A stretch of DNA of 64,000 nucleotides. It comes from Patescibacteria group bacterium (GTDB lineage: Bacteria; Patescibacteriota; Patescibacteriia; UBA9934). Of this stretch, positions 9,291 through 18,747 are shown piece after piece. Below the pieces are notes generated by a model, which saw only the letters and a list, made by a program, of their open reading frames with translations, ran no database searches and had not been told where the DNA came from. The first letter of the stretch is position 1, and each line of letters starts with the position of its first letter. Position numbers and translations under genes: made by a program. The stretch lies in contig JBAZXR010000001.1 in NCBI GenBank assembly GCA_041659765.1, positions 659,338-723,337 of the forward strand, given 5' to 3'.

Positions 9291-10298
9291 GTGGCTAAGA
9301 AGAAATTACAAGTGGCGGTGACGGTAAACCAGCCGTTCATTCTAGAAAAGAACGGAAAATATTCTGGTTTTGAGATTGAGTTGTGGGAAATGATCGCCAA
9401 AGAAATGGGGGTCAAATTTTCCTACACTAAACATGCGTTCAAGGAACTGATTCCCCTCGTTGCAAGCAAAAAAGCAGACGTCGCCCTTGGTGCGATCACC
9501 ATTACGGAGAAGCGCGAAAAGATTGTTGATTTTTCACACCCTACGTTTAACTCAGGACTACGCATTTTGCTCTCAAAGAAACGCTCGCAGATAGACTTCG
9601 CCGGAACTATTCGAGCCTTCGTAACCCAAGGCTACAAACAACTAATAAAACCTGGACTCGCGTTATTGGTCATTACTATTCTGTTCGGCCACCTTTTGTG
9701 GCTGAGCGAACGAGCCGGTACAACCATCGACCCAACATATTTCCCGGGAGTTTTTCAAGCAATCTGGCTTTCGTTGAGTACGATTCTCGGGGCTGGCGAC
9801 TGGAATGGAGTCTACACTGCCAGTACGTGGTTCGGCCGTTCAGTCTTAACCCTGGAACAGCTCGCCAATCTAGCTGTGCTTGGTCTCTTCATTGGAGAAG
9901 TTACAGCATTTATTACGACGAGAAAAATCCGCCTCAACATCGAGGGACCGAACGGATTGAAGGGAAAGACCGTCGCAACAGTCCAAGGGACGACGAGCGA
10001 ACAGGTGCTGAAGGACCTCGGCGCAACTGTTGTACCAGTAACTAAGATTGACGAGGCCTACGAAAAACTCAAAAAGAACAAAGTAGAAGCAGTTGTCTTT
10101 GATGCGCCTGTGCTGCTGTACTACTCGTTAAACGAGGGCGCCGAATGGTCTGAAGTCGTGGGTGAATTATTCGATCCCCAAGACTACGGCGTCATGATGC
10201 AAGATGACAGCCCACTCCGCAAAGACGTAAACATCGCCATCCTGGCCCTTCGAGAAAGCGGAGCTTACGATGAACTATATAAGAAATGGTTCAGCTAA
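9291..10298 (+). CDS. ionotropic glutamate receptor-like channel (split amino-acid-binding domain around TM-pore-TM)
   Basis: S1 (GFEIEL, ITITEKREK..DFS.P), TM1, pore helix WLSLSTILGAGD, TM2, S2 (GTTS, FDAP, YG). Confidence 0.85.
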   Translation: MAKKKLQVAVTVNQPFILEKNGKYSGFEIELWEMIAKEMGVKFSYTKHAFKELIPLVASKKADVALGAITITEKREKIVDFSHPTFNSGLRILLSKKRSQIDFAGTIRAFVTQGYKQLIKPGLALLVITILFGHLLWLSERAGTTIDPTYFPGVFQAIWLSLSTILGAGDWNGVYTASTWFGRSVLTLEQLANLAVLGLFIGEVTAFITTRKIRLNIEGPNGLKGKTVATVQGTTSEQVLKDLGATVVPVTKIDEAYEKLKKNKVEAVVFDAPVLLYYSLNEGAEWSEVVGELFDPQDYGVMMQDDSPLRKDVNIAILALRESGAYDELYKKWFS

Positions 10299-11101
10299 GA
10301 CCTAAGCGCCCTAACAACCAGACCAAGCAAGAAGAATGCGATCGCTACCAGTACAATCGTTCCACCGGTTGCCAGATGAAGGAAGAATGATAGACACAAG
10401 CCTGTGAACACGCTTAAAAGCGAGACACCAGCGGCCACGAGCGTGGTCTTTTTGAAGCCCAAATTAAGTTCCTGCGCGGCTAGGACCGGGATAACCATGA
10501 GCGCGCCCATAAGCAGAACGCCCACCACCTGCATGCCCACGGCTACCACCACTGCGGTGGCGATAGCTAGGAACAAGTTATACGCGTCTACCCGCATCCC
10601 CTGAGCGCGGGCGATATCTTCGTCGAAGGCAATCAAGAACAAGCCGCGGAATGACCAAACGAGACACGCTAGAACAGCCATCGAAGCAATTATTATAGCA
10701 ATCAGCTGAACAGCGCCCACCTGTCCGATATCACCGAACAAAAATTCGAGCGCTTCCACGTCTAACTGGCCCGAGGCGGACAAAATAACTACAGCCAGGG
10801 CCAAGCCGCCACTCATGACGACTGCAAGCGGAGCATCGCCGGACAGCACACCGCCACGCCGCTGAAGGCGTTGGATAATGACGGCAGCCAAGAGCGCGCA
10901 GACTACCGCGCCAATAATCGGATTCACGCCCAGGGCGATACCCATCGCCACACCAGAGAGCGAAGCGTGCGCCAAGGTGTCCGCAATCAAAGACTGACGC
11001 TTGACCGTCAAAAACATGCCGAGCACTGGCGCCACCGCACCCACGCAAAGCCCGGCTAAAAGGCCAAGTAAGGGAAAATCTGCGGGTAAGAAATTAATCA
11101 T
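10295..11101 (-). CDS. znuB: Zn/Mn ABC transporter permease
   Basis: SLIADTLAHASLSG, FLFGDI, FDEDIA, VGVLLMGALMVIP. Confidence 0.88.
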   Translation of the reverse strand: MINFLPADFPLLGLLAGLCVGAVAPVLGMFLTVKRQSLIADTLAHASLSGVAMGIALGVNPIIGAVVCALLAAVIIQRLQRRGGVLSGDAPLAVVMSGGLALAVVILSASGQLDVEALEFLFGDIGQVGAVQLIAIIIASMAVLACLVWSFRGLFLIAFDEDIARAQGMRVDAYNLFLAIATAVVVAVGMQVVGVLLMGALMVIPVLAAQELNLGFKKTTLVAAGVSLLSVFTGLCLSFFLHLATGGTIVLVAIAFFLLGLVVRALRS

Positions 11102-12134
11102 AGTTGTGTTTAGTAACTTTGCGGTTGGCGAAAATGTAAGCCGCGAGGACAGTCGAGATCGGCACGGCAAGAATTAGAGCTCCCCCGCCCACGAGCGCGC
11201 GCACAGCTTCTTCCATTATTTGTTCCGTGTTCAAGAGCACCCAGAGCGGTGGGTTATCTGGCATCGAGAACAAAAGAAAGATCGGGAACGAGGCGCCCAC
11301 ATACGCCAGGGCGAGCGTGTTCACGAGAGACGCAATATGTTCGCGACCAACCGAAATACCGCGCTGATACAATTCTTTGGCGGTTAGTCGATCGTTCGCA
11401 TTGTGAATCTCTTCGACGGACGCTACCTGTGCCGTGGTTACGTCGTCGAGAACACCTAGGGTACCGATAACCATAGCGCCGAGCAAAAGACCCTGTAGAT
11501 CAAGACCGTTCGCTACGCTCTGCTGAAGGAAGACTGCCTCTTCCGTGCCGCCACCAGACAAAGCAGCGAGTTTCACGGCAATAGCCGACAGCACAAAGGC
11601 AACAACTAAGGCGATCAACGTCGATCCGAGGGCAACGAAGCTTCTCAATTTAATCCCGTGCGACAACAGAATTGAAATCACCGCAATCATGGCCGCGCCC
11701 AAACCGCAAATTAAAATGGGATTCTCGCCAACGAATATTCGTGGCACTACAAAGACCATCAGCACTAACAAACTGACACCAAGTCCAAGCACGGCTCGGG
11801 CGCCTGAACCACGACCAAAAAAAGCAGCCAGGACAAAGAAAATAAGGAGAAAAATGCCGACAACAGGCAATCTGAAGCTATCAAGCACGTAGTAAGTATC
11901 ACCGCGCACGTCAGTGGTCTTAGCCATCACCACCTGTTCGCCGACATGAAGTTTTTGCCGCTCAAAACTGGCTGCTGCAGTAGAATACTCGGTATTCACT
12001 ACTTTGCCGTGCTCAGCACCGCTTTGGATTTCAAGCGTGACATCTTGGAACATCGTCGAGCCGCTAGCGTCGTTGACTGCACCTTCTTTACTGATGTTCA
12101 GCACCTTCCCACGGGCATAAAAAGAATTATCCAT
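11094..12134 (-). CDS. YibE/F family multi-pass membrane protein
   Basis: GVLDDVTTAQ, VGREHIASLVNTLALAYVGAS, LAVPIST. Confidence 0.85.
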   Translation of the reverse strand: MDNSFYARGKVLNISKEGAVNDASGSTMFQDVTLEIQSGAEHGKVVNTEYSTAAASFERQKLHVGEQVVMAKTTDVRGDTYYVLDSFRLPVVGIFLLIFFVLAAFFGRGSGARAVLGLGVSLLVLMVFVVPRIFVGENPILICGLGAAMIAVISILLSHGIKLRSFVALGSTLIALVVAFVLSAIAVKLAALSGGGTEEAVFLQQSVANGLDLQGLLLGAMVIGTLGVLDDVTTAQVASVEEIHNANDRLTAKELYQRGISVGREHIASLVNTLALAYVGASFPIFLLFSMPDNPPLWVLLNTEQIMEEAVRALVGGGALILAVPISTVLAAYIFANRKVTKHNYD

Positions 12135-12135
12135 A

Positions 12136-12813
12136 TTATTTGTGCCCATGGATAAAGTGGGGATGATGCATGACTTCTTCTGTTGGACCATGACACACCA
12201 TGTGGCGGTTCAAGCAAAGTACCTCGTCGACCTCGTGGGCGACTACATCAATATCATGCGAAACGAGGATCACGGTTAGCTTGAGCTTATCTCGCAGTTC
12301 ACGAACAAAGTGAAAGAAATCCTCCTGGCCTTTAACATCCACCGCGCTTGTGGGTTCATCGAGCATAATCACCTTCGGCTCAGCCGCCAAAGCCCGCGCG
12401 ATGAGCACACGCTGACGCTCGCCGCCGGACAAAGTGCCGATTCTGCGAGCAAGCAAATGTCGAACGCCCGCGGCGTCAATTGCCCGAGCCAGAGCCTTCG
12501 CGTTTTTCTTAACCGGCGTTTGACCGCTTCTAATAATCTCATCCACCGTGGCGGGAAAATTCTCGCCCATCGCGTTCGCTCGCTGCGGAACGTACCCCAC
12601 GCGTGCCCGATCTACCTTGCACTCAACGGACCCCTCGCTAGGATCAATTAGTCCGAGCAGGATTTTAAGAAATGTCGTTTTGCCTCCCCCGTTCGGACCA
12701 ATAACGCCAAGATAAGCGCCTTCAGCGATATCAACCGTGACGCCGTCTAAAATGACGTTGCCGCCCACAGAATAGCCCAAGTCTTTGATAGAAAATGCTG
12801 GCGTCTTAGCCAT
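12136..12813 (-). CDS. znuC: Zn/Mn ABC transporter ATP-binding protein
   Basis: GPNGGGKT, GYVPQ, LSGGERQR, LDEP, His-rich C-terminus. Confidence 0.9.
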   Translation of the reverse strand: MAKTPAFSIKDLGYSVGGNVILDGVTVDIAEGAYLGVIGPNGGGKTTFLKILLGLIDPSEGSVECKVDRARVGYVPQRANAMGENFPATVDEIIRSGQTPVKKNAKALARAIDAAGVRHLLARRIGTLSGGERQRVLIARALAAEPKVIMLDEPTSAVDVKGQEDFFHFVRELRDKLKLTVILVSHDIDVVAHEVDEVLCLNRHMVCHGPTEEVMHHPHFIHGHK

Positions 12814-12831
12814 AGAGATAGTGACAGTATA

Positions 12832-13512
12832 TTACCCTTTCGCCAGGGTCAAAAATTTAACGTGCTCGACACCCGCTTCTTTCAAGGTCCGTTCGGCGGC
12901 TTTCATAGTGGAACCGGTAGTCCAGACGTCGTCGATGAGAACCACTCCACCCTCCGACCCCCTGACCTGAACCTCCTCCGACTCCTCCTTGGAAAGGAGG
13001 AGAGAAGCGAGCCTGAACGGACTACGCGTCATGGCCGTTTCGCGTTCTTCCACCGTGCGTTCGGCCTGGTGGCCTTTTGTTTCTTCCCGGCGTAGTAGTT
13101 CATGCATTTGTGCGCCAGTGGTCGTGGCGAGCCACGACCCCACAGCCGCGGCCTGATTGAATCCACGCTCACGCAGACGTAACGGGGCTAATGGCACGGG
13201 CACGAGAATCGACTCGCCAATAAATGACTTTACTGTTTCTATCTTCGGTTCGGCGAGCTTCTGGAGGATACGAAACGCGGAATGGTCGAACTCGTATTTG
13301 TAAGCTTTAATAAGGTCACGAATAATGGGGTTGCCGTACGCGAACATGGTCAAGTGGTTGTCCTCGACCTTGAATACACGGTCGTCGAAGGCAGCGAAAC
13401 ATGAGGGACAGAGCAGTGCGCCCTCCGCTTTGCACGAAACACAATAACGGGGAAAGACCGCGTCTAAAAACGGTTCAATTATTCGCCCCAAGAAAAATCG
13501 TTGACTTTCCAT
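12832..13512 (-). CDS. comF: ComF/ComFC family phosphoribosyltransferase-like competence protein
   Basis: CxxC..CxxC zinc ribbon, PVPL..RLRERGFNQA, LIDDVWTTGST. Confidence 0.9.
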   Translation of the reverse strand: MESQRFFLGRIIEPFLDAVFPRYCVSCKAEGALLCPSCFAAFDDRVFKVEDNHLTMFAYGNPIIRDLIKAYKYEFDHSAFRILQKLAEPKIETVKSFIGESILVPVPLAPLRLRERGFNQAAAVGSWLATTTGAQMHELLRREETKGHQAERTVEERETAMTRSPFRLASLLLSKEESEEVQVRGSEGGVVLIDDVWTTGSTMKAAERTLKEAGVEHVKFLTLAKG

Positions 13513-14039
13513 GTATCGCCCTCCTTTATCAGCCTAACCGTGATGTCTTGATAGCGTACCTTAGTGTTGCTTGGATTTCCTATTGCCTCGACCCGCTGGG
13601 TGCTGACTATAATAGTGGCGCTCGAGTTGGATTCCTCGACCGTCTTCTGAGAGATAACTTTGGTCGAGATGCCGTAATAAGCTGAACTAGACTGGGCGGC
13701 GCGCTGATCCTGGGCAACGCTCTGTAAGCTAGTCGCCAGAGTAGATGTAACGAGAGGCAGAACATCGGTCACGTTTGCAAAGTCTGATTCCGAGGAGTAG
13801 CTAGCAAAGCGCTCAACGAAAATCATCGTCGTCGTCTGCGGATTAGCTACGGGGATTGCCTCGGGAGCAACTGGCGTCTCTGTTGCGGGAGTTGTCGTCG
13901 AAGTTGATGGCTGAGAAGGTTCTTGGTTACTGGTTGCAGGTTGCGGGTTAGACCCTGGTCGCAAAAAGATCGCGAGTAGCACGATAATCAACAAGACTAG
14001 GACACCAACCGCCAGACCGATTTCTGTTTTTCTAGTCAT
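13479..14039 (-). CDS. membrane-anchored protein, VirB8/TcpC-like (NTF2-like C-terminus)
   Basis: N-terminal TM, Pro/Thr linker, FVERFASYS, ends LIKEGDTWKV; lies within VirB4 operon. Confidence 0.55.
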   Translation of the reverse strand: MTRKTEIGLAVGVLVLLIIVLLAIFLRPGSNPQPATSNQEPSQPSTSTTTPATETPVAPEAIPVANPQTTTMIFVERFASYSSESDFANVTDVLPLVTSTLATSLQSVAQDQRAAQSSSAYYGISTKVISQKTVEESNSSATIIVSTQRVEAIGNPSNTKVRYQDITVRLIKEGDTWKVNDFSWGE

Positions 14040-14042
14040 ACA

Positions 14043-15962
14043 TTATTTCTTAGCCCCTTCGCCTTGGAGCGACTTCTGCAATTCTTCACGAGCGCGCTCG
14101 ATCTTCAAGAGCTGCTCCGGATTAGTCGTAATGATTTGATCTTCCGTGTAAGACGCGACAATCTTAATAGCCGCATGCTTCTGGCCGGCAAAGAAAATGC
14201 CTTCGCCAATGGCCGCTTCGAGCAACAAATACTTTTCGCTCTGAGTGAGGTTGAACGTGTTAGCAATAGTATCAATACCGGCCGGTGATTGCTTGAGCAG
14301 AATCTGCATGGACGAGTTTGTCACAATGGCCTGGCCGTACTGGCTGCGCAGGAAGTCATTCACGTCTTGGGTAATTGTCGTGACTCCGAGATAGTATTTT
14401 CGAGCCCGCTTGACGAGGGCGAAGATAAACTTGGCCGAGTCCTCATTTTGCATGAGCCACCAGGCTTCGTCGATGGTCAGAATGCGTTTCTTGCGCTCCG
14501 AACGCACCACGTTCCAGATGTAGTTAACAATCGTGTAAATAGCCATCGGACGGAGCTCGTCTTCAAGATCGCGAACGGAGAAGATGACGAGCTGGTTGCG
14601 CATCTCAACGGTAGTGGGCGAGTTCAAGAGTCCAGCGAAGGTTCCTGAAGTGAACTTCGTTAAACGCGCCACCAGGTTCTCACCGCCTTCCATGCCTTCC
14701 AGAATTTCGACGAGGTCAGACAAGGTTGGATACTCCGTTATGCCCGCCATGCTAGGCAAATCAGCAGTAATGTCTTTTTTCGCGTAGGTTTCGAGCAGTG
14801 CTCGGTCCAGTAGCGAATCTTCCTCTGGCGTAAAACCAAGTACCGCCTTCTCCCCCATCGGTTTACCGATCATGATACGCAACAAGCCTTTGATCGTAAT
14901 AACCGCACTGCGTAGAATGTCTTCAACAGAGGTCTCTTCGCCTTTTGGTCGCGGGAGATCGAAGGGGTTAATGCGCGCTTCACTCGACAGCGATACATTC
15001 ACATACGTACCGCCGACAGCATCAGACAGCTGGCGATATTCCATTTCCGGGTCAATAACAATCACGTCCGTGCCCATCATCATGGAGCGGAGGATTTCGA
15101 GTTTAACGCAATAGCTCTTACCCGCACCAGACGTAGCGAAAACAATCGAGTTCGCATTTTGGAGCGAGAAACGATCGAACAAAATCAACGAGTTGTTGTG
15201 GCGGTTAATGCCGTAAAGAATGCCGTTATCGCTCGACACGTCAGACGAGATGAACGGAAACGAGCTCGCGATAGGCGAGGTGTTCATGTTAAACGGAATC
15301 TGCAGTTCGTCATTACAGAGTGGCAGCGTCGAGTTGAAACCTTGTTCAGCCTGGTACAGCCCACGCTTAGAGTAGATAAGTTTGCCGCCGAAAATAGCCT
15401 CGATCTCCTCGGTTCTCTTGTCGAGGTTCTCCTTAGTATCCGAATACATGGTCACGTAAAAAGCAAATTGGAAAAAGTGTTCAATACCCTGCGTTAAGTC
15501 GTCACGCAGTTGCTCTACGTCGCGCAACGCCGTCTCCTGAATAGGATCACGGGGCTTGCCGGTTTCATTATCGGACACGATCTGCGATTCGATCTGACCT
15601 ACTTTATCGCGCAGTTGTTTCAAAATAACTTCGGCTTTCACTGGGTACACAAACATGCCGATGTCGATCGTCCCCTTAAAGTTAATGATCGGCGCGCCCC
15701 AGCCGATACCAACGTATCGAGGATATGTGGTAACAAAGAGGGTTCGACAAAATCTGTCGCCCACTACTAGGTACGTCGATTGGACTTCGAAAGCCGCTGG
15801 CGCAATTAGATCACGAACGCTAACTGTGCCTCGCCTAAAAGACCGCTCTTCCTCAAGAGTAGCCCGCTCATCAGCCGACTTCATTTCTTGGGGCGAAAGC
15901 TTGCGAGCTGTTTTGACCGCGCTCGTGGGCTGGCGTTTTAGATCCTCTACGTTAAAAGCCAT
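14043..15962 (-). CDS. VirB4-like conjugation/T4SS ATPase
   Basis: ATSGAGKS Walker A, IDPEMEY, INPFDL, IDEAW, RARKY, ITQD. Confidence 0.9.
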   Translation of the reverse strand: MAFNVEDLKRQPTSAVKTARKLSPQEMKSADERATLEEERSFRRGTVSVRDLIAPAAFEVQSTYLVVGDRFCRTLFVTTYPRYVGIGWGAPIINFKGTIDIGMFVYPVKAEVILKQLRDKVGQIESQIVSDNETGKPRDPIQETALRDVEQLRDDLTQGIEHFFQFAFYVTMYSDTKENLDKRTEEIEAIFGGKLIYSKRGLYQAEQGFNSTLPLCNDELQIPFNMNTSPIASSFPFISSDVSSDNGILYGINRHNNSLILFDRFSLQNANSIVFATSGAGKSYCVKLEILRSMMMGTDVIVIDPEMEYRQLSDAVGGTYVNVSLSSEARINPFDLPRPKGEETSVEDILRSAVITIKGLLRIMIGKPMGEKAVLGFTPEEDSLLDRALLETYAKKDITADLPSMAGITEYPTLSDLVEILEGMEGGENLVARLTKFTSGTFAGLLNSPTTVEMRNQLVIFSVRDLEDELRPMAIYTIVNYIWNVVRSERKKRILTIDEAWWLMQNEDSAKFIFALVKRARKYYLGVTTITQDVNDFLRSQYGQAIVTNSSMQILLKQSPAGIDTIANTFNLTQSEKYLLLEAAIGEGIFFAGQKHAAIKIVASYTEDQIITTNPEQLLKIERAREELQKSLQGEGAKK

Positions 15963-15963
15963 A

Positions 15964-16659
15964 TTAGAAGCGGGTGTCTACCTGCAATTTATCAATCGGC
16001 GCCAACTTTTGTTCTTCAGAAGCACCAGGGTTGTACGAATTGTAGTAGAGCTCGATCAATCCCTGCGTATCCAACTGAACTACCTGAAGTCCCATGCTCT
16101 GCAAACCGCCGGCAATATTTCCCACGCGTTGGTTCAACACATCTTTGCGATCCTTAAACTGTTTATTGTTCAGCTTCAAGATGGCGGCTGGAGAAATGGC
16201 TGCTTGCAATTTCTGCATAAAACCGCTCTTCTTGCCGGCTTCCAGCGGGTCATACGGAATAATGCAAAAGAATCGCTTCTGCATGATTTCGCCGAGCTCA
16301 ACCAGCTCCGTCACGAACGACATGTAATCCCTAATCTGGCCGCGCAAAAGTTCATTAGTAATAGTCTCCTCCTGGGACTTCATTTTCATCATGTACGCGT
16401 CCACGTTCATCTTGCGCGACTGGATACAAATCTGGATTGGATGTTCGAGCCCATTCAAGAACTGCATGTAGCCCTGAATGGTGGCCTGCTGTTCATCTTC
16501 GCTCTTAAGCGCGAAGTTAATGCTCGACACCAGTAGAACCGCACGCAGAGTGCCATCTTTCATAACCACCGCGTCTTCCCTGATTTCCGCAATATCAAGA
16601 AACCGCTGGGTTGGCGGACCCACTTTTGGTTTTGCGAGTTTATTGACCGATGTTGCCAT
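15964..16659 (-). CDS. T4SS-associated protein (VirB4 N-terminal/TrsD-like)
   Basis: SSINFALKSEDEQ..I..Y..FLN.L pattern, between PrgI and VirB4. Confidence 0.65.
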   Translation of the reverse strand: MATSVNKLAKPKVGPPTQRFLDIAEIREDAVVMKDGTLRAVLLVSSINFALKSEDEQQATIQGYMQFLNGLEHPIQICIQSRKMNVDAYMMKMKSQEETITNELLRGQIRDYMSFVTELVELGEIMQKRFFCIIPYDPLEAGKKSGFMQKLQAAISPAAILKLNNKQFKDRKDVLNQRVGNIAGGLQSMGLQVVQLDTQGLIELYYNSYNPGASEEQKLAPIDKLQVDTRF

Positions 16660-16665
16660 AAGACG

Positions 16666-17106
16666 CTACTCATCTCCCGAATAAACTCCGCCGGTATTCA
16701 CCACCAACGTCAGTTCAGACAGACGCGATCCTTCGAGCGGAGCCTTTCTGATTTTTGATTCGACCGGAGGTGGGGCTTCTTGGAGCATCAACACTTTAAG
16801 TTCACCGTCAGACAAAGTTTTATCCCAGACGCGCTTACCAGGGCGCCGGATAGTCTGGATGACGTTAATCACAATCACGTGAAAAGGCTGGCCGTTTACT
16901 TTGCCAAAGGCGAATATACCGCCAAGCGCACTCGTGGGTAGCGCAGTGGCAATCAAGAACGGAATGTTATTGGCGAAAAGCCGGTAAAAAACAAAGTCTA
17001 CCAGCACTACCACTAACATAATAATAAACTGCCGAGCCGTAATCGGGCCGATGATCCTTGGTTCGATATCAAGAAATTGCGGAACAACAAATTGATTCCT
17101 CGGCAT
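16666..17106 (-). CDS. PrgI family (VirB3-like) membrane protein
   Basis: QFVVPQFLDIEPRIIGPITARQF, two TMs, NGQPF. Confidence 0.85.
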   Translation of the reverse strand: MPRNQFVVPQFLDIEPRIIGPITARQFIIMLVVVLVDFVFYRLFANNIPFLIATALPTSALGGIFAFGKVNGQPFHVIVINVIQTIRRPGKRVWDKTLSDGELKVLMLQEAPPPVESKIRKAPLEGSRLSELTLVVNTGGVYSGDE

Positions 17107-17121
17107 GCGTATATTCTACCA

Positions 17122-18729
17122 TCAAAAACGTAACTTCGCGTTCAGTCCTATAATAGCCTTAATCTCCGCCGGACTCAGACAATCTTTCTTTTCTTTGCGG
17201 CGCTTACTACAAACGTCCGGAATAGACATGCTATTTGATAAAGCTTCTTCGGAAATCTCCAAATACATCTGGTTGAGCGGACTCTTGCGCCAAGCATTAA
17301 TGCCATTGACTCTCTCCTCGTAGCCAGTAGCTAAGAGCGCTGTCAACAAATCCTCCACCTTCCTTGCCCCTTCAGCCGGGTCGCTCGACATGCGGCGGAA
17401 TTCGATAGTCGACAAGTTCTTGATTTGGTCGACCGGGCCCATTAGCCGAGAAGCAGCCACCACGTCCGTCAGTTTCCTATCCACGGCCTTCGGCGCCACA
17501 CTGCCCACGGTCAACTCCGCCTTAGCTGGTCTAGGTTTTAATGGAATAATCTTCTTCTCTGCCGGCGCCTGCGTGTCACGAGCAGCCGAAACCCTGGCTC
17601 CCGGCATGATTGGCGACACCGAATCCTCCGGCTGTGTCTTCGTCACCTCTGCGAACTTTTGATCCATTGCGACTGATTCTTGCGAATCAGTTATTGCGGG
17701 GTTTAAAACCCCGCCTTTTTCGATCTTCTTTTCGCCGTCATATTGTTTCTTCCCCATCGCCAGCGCTTCCAAAACAACCCGCAGATCAGCACCTTCTAGT
17801 TTATATTCTTGCTCCATGATATCCCTGGTCTGTCCCGGTTCACGCACACCGCGGATATTTTTTTCGACGAGCGCCCTAAACTTCTCGAGCGGAATATTCT
17901 TAGCGAGCACGATCTCCTTCGCTGCATCGAGTGTTGCGTCAACTGCCATCTTCAATCGATCCATCGTCACCGGAACTTCAGCCGCTAATGCTGTCGATGG
18001 GGCGATTTCGACGGCTTGCGATGGCGCATCCGGAGTCACCGCGGGGTTTAAAACCCCGCCTTCTTCCGGCTCCTCCGTCGCCTTCTCCGCCTTCTCCCTC
18101 TCCGCTTCCAGCTTCTTCCAATCTTCTTCTGACACAATTTCAATATACGGCGCTTCGCGTTCTACTTCAGCAAGCAAGGCATCCACTTTTTCTTTAGACA
18201 GTGCAAGTCCGCCGATAGTTAATGGCCGGCCAAAAAAGGTCTTCAGCGCCTCGGCGTCCTTCTCCCCCTTCACACGCCCCTCAATGAGCAGGCCGAGACG
18301 TTTAACGAGCACATCAGAAAACCCAAGACCCGCGGCCTCGTCCATTCTTTTAGACCACAGAAAGGCAGAAATTTTCTCTTTGCCGATTGGTCTAGCTGGA
18401 TGGTCTTCAACCTTTCCACCCCAAGCAATAATCTGTTCGCGAATCCCCGGAACGAAAGATTCAAGCGGCAAAATTCGATAGCCAAAAATATCCGCCGAAA
18501 TCTTCTTAGACGTCGCCTCATCCTTACCAAAGGCCTGACCGATAATTCCCGGAACCTCGGCCATGGGCAACGTTCCATCAATAACCGCGTTACACAAATC
18601 AAGAAACTCCGGCGCCCGCTCAGTTGGTAATTCATTCTTTGCCGCTACATCCCTAAACTCAGCAAGGACCTTGCCATCAAAGAGAAAAGACCGGACTGGT
18701 GGTATTTTGAGAAGGTCAACAATTGCCAT
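17122..18729 (-). CDS. hypothetical protein of T4SS-like cluster
   Basis: 535-aa ORF co-oriented in the cluster; contains two GGVLNPA palindrome-encoded motifs. Confidence 0.7.
   Translation of the reverse strand: MAIVDLLKIPPVRSFLFDGKVLAEFRDVAAKNELPTERAPEFLDLCNAVIDGTLPMAEVPGIIGQAFGKDEATSKKISADIFGYRILPLESFVPGIREQIIAWGGKVEDHPARPIGKEKISAFLWSKRMDEAAGLGFSDVLVKRLGLLIEGRVKGEKDAEALKTFFGRPLTIGGLALSKEKVDALLAEVEREAPYIEIVSEEDWKKLEAEREKAEKATEEPEEGGVLNPAVTPDAPSQAVEIAPSTALAAEVPVTMDRLKMAVDATLDAAKEIVLAKNIPLEKFRALVEKNIRGVREPGQTRDIMEQEYKLEGADLRVVLEALAMGKKQYDGEKKIEKGGVLNPAITDSQESVAMDQKFAEVTKTQPEDSVSPIMPGARVSAARDTQAPAEKKIIPLKPRPAKAELTVGSVAPKAVDRKLTDVVAASRLMGPVDQIKNLSTIEFRRMSSDPAEGARKVEDLLTALLATGYEERVNGINAWRKSPLNQMYLEISEEALSNSMSIPDVCSKRRKEKKDCLSPAEIKAIIGLNAKLRF
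17696..17714. repeat. palindrome GCGGGGTTTAAAACCCCGC, copy 1 (intragenic)
   Basis: Perfect 9-bp inverted arms. Confidence 0.8.
18041..18059. repeat. palindrome GCGGGGTTTAAAACCCCGC, copy 2 (intragenic)
   Basis: Identical 19-mer. Confidence 0.8.
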
Positions 18730-18747
18730 ACGGCGCGATACTCACGA

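Noticed and set aside
15655-16536. 293-aa + strand ORF and similar long antisense ORFs (4088-4894, 40581-41363, 47730-48521)
   Set aside because: Opposite well-supported genes; expected codon-bias shadows
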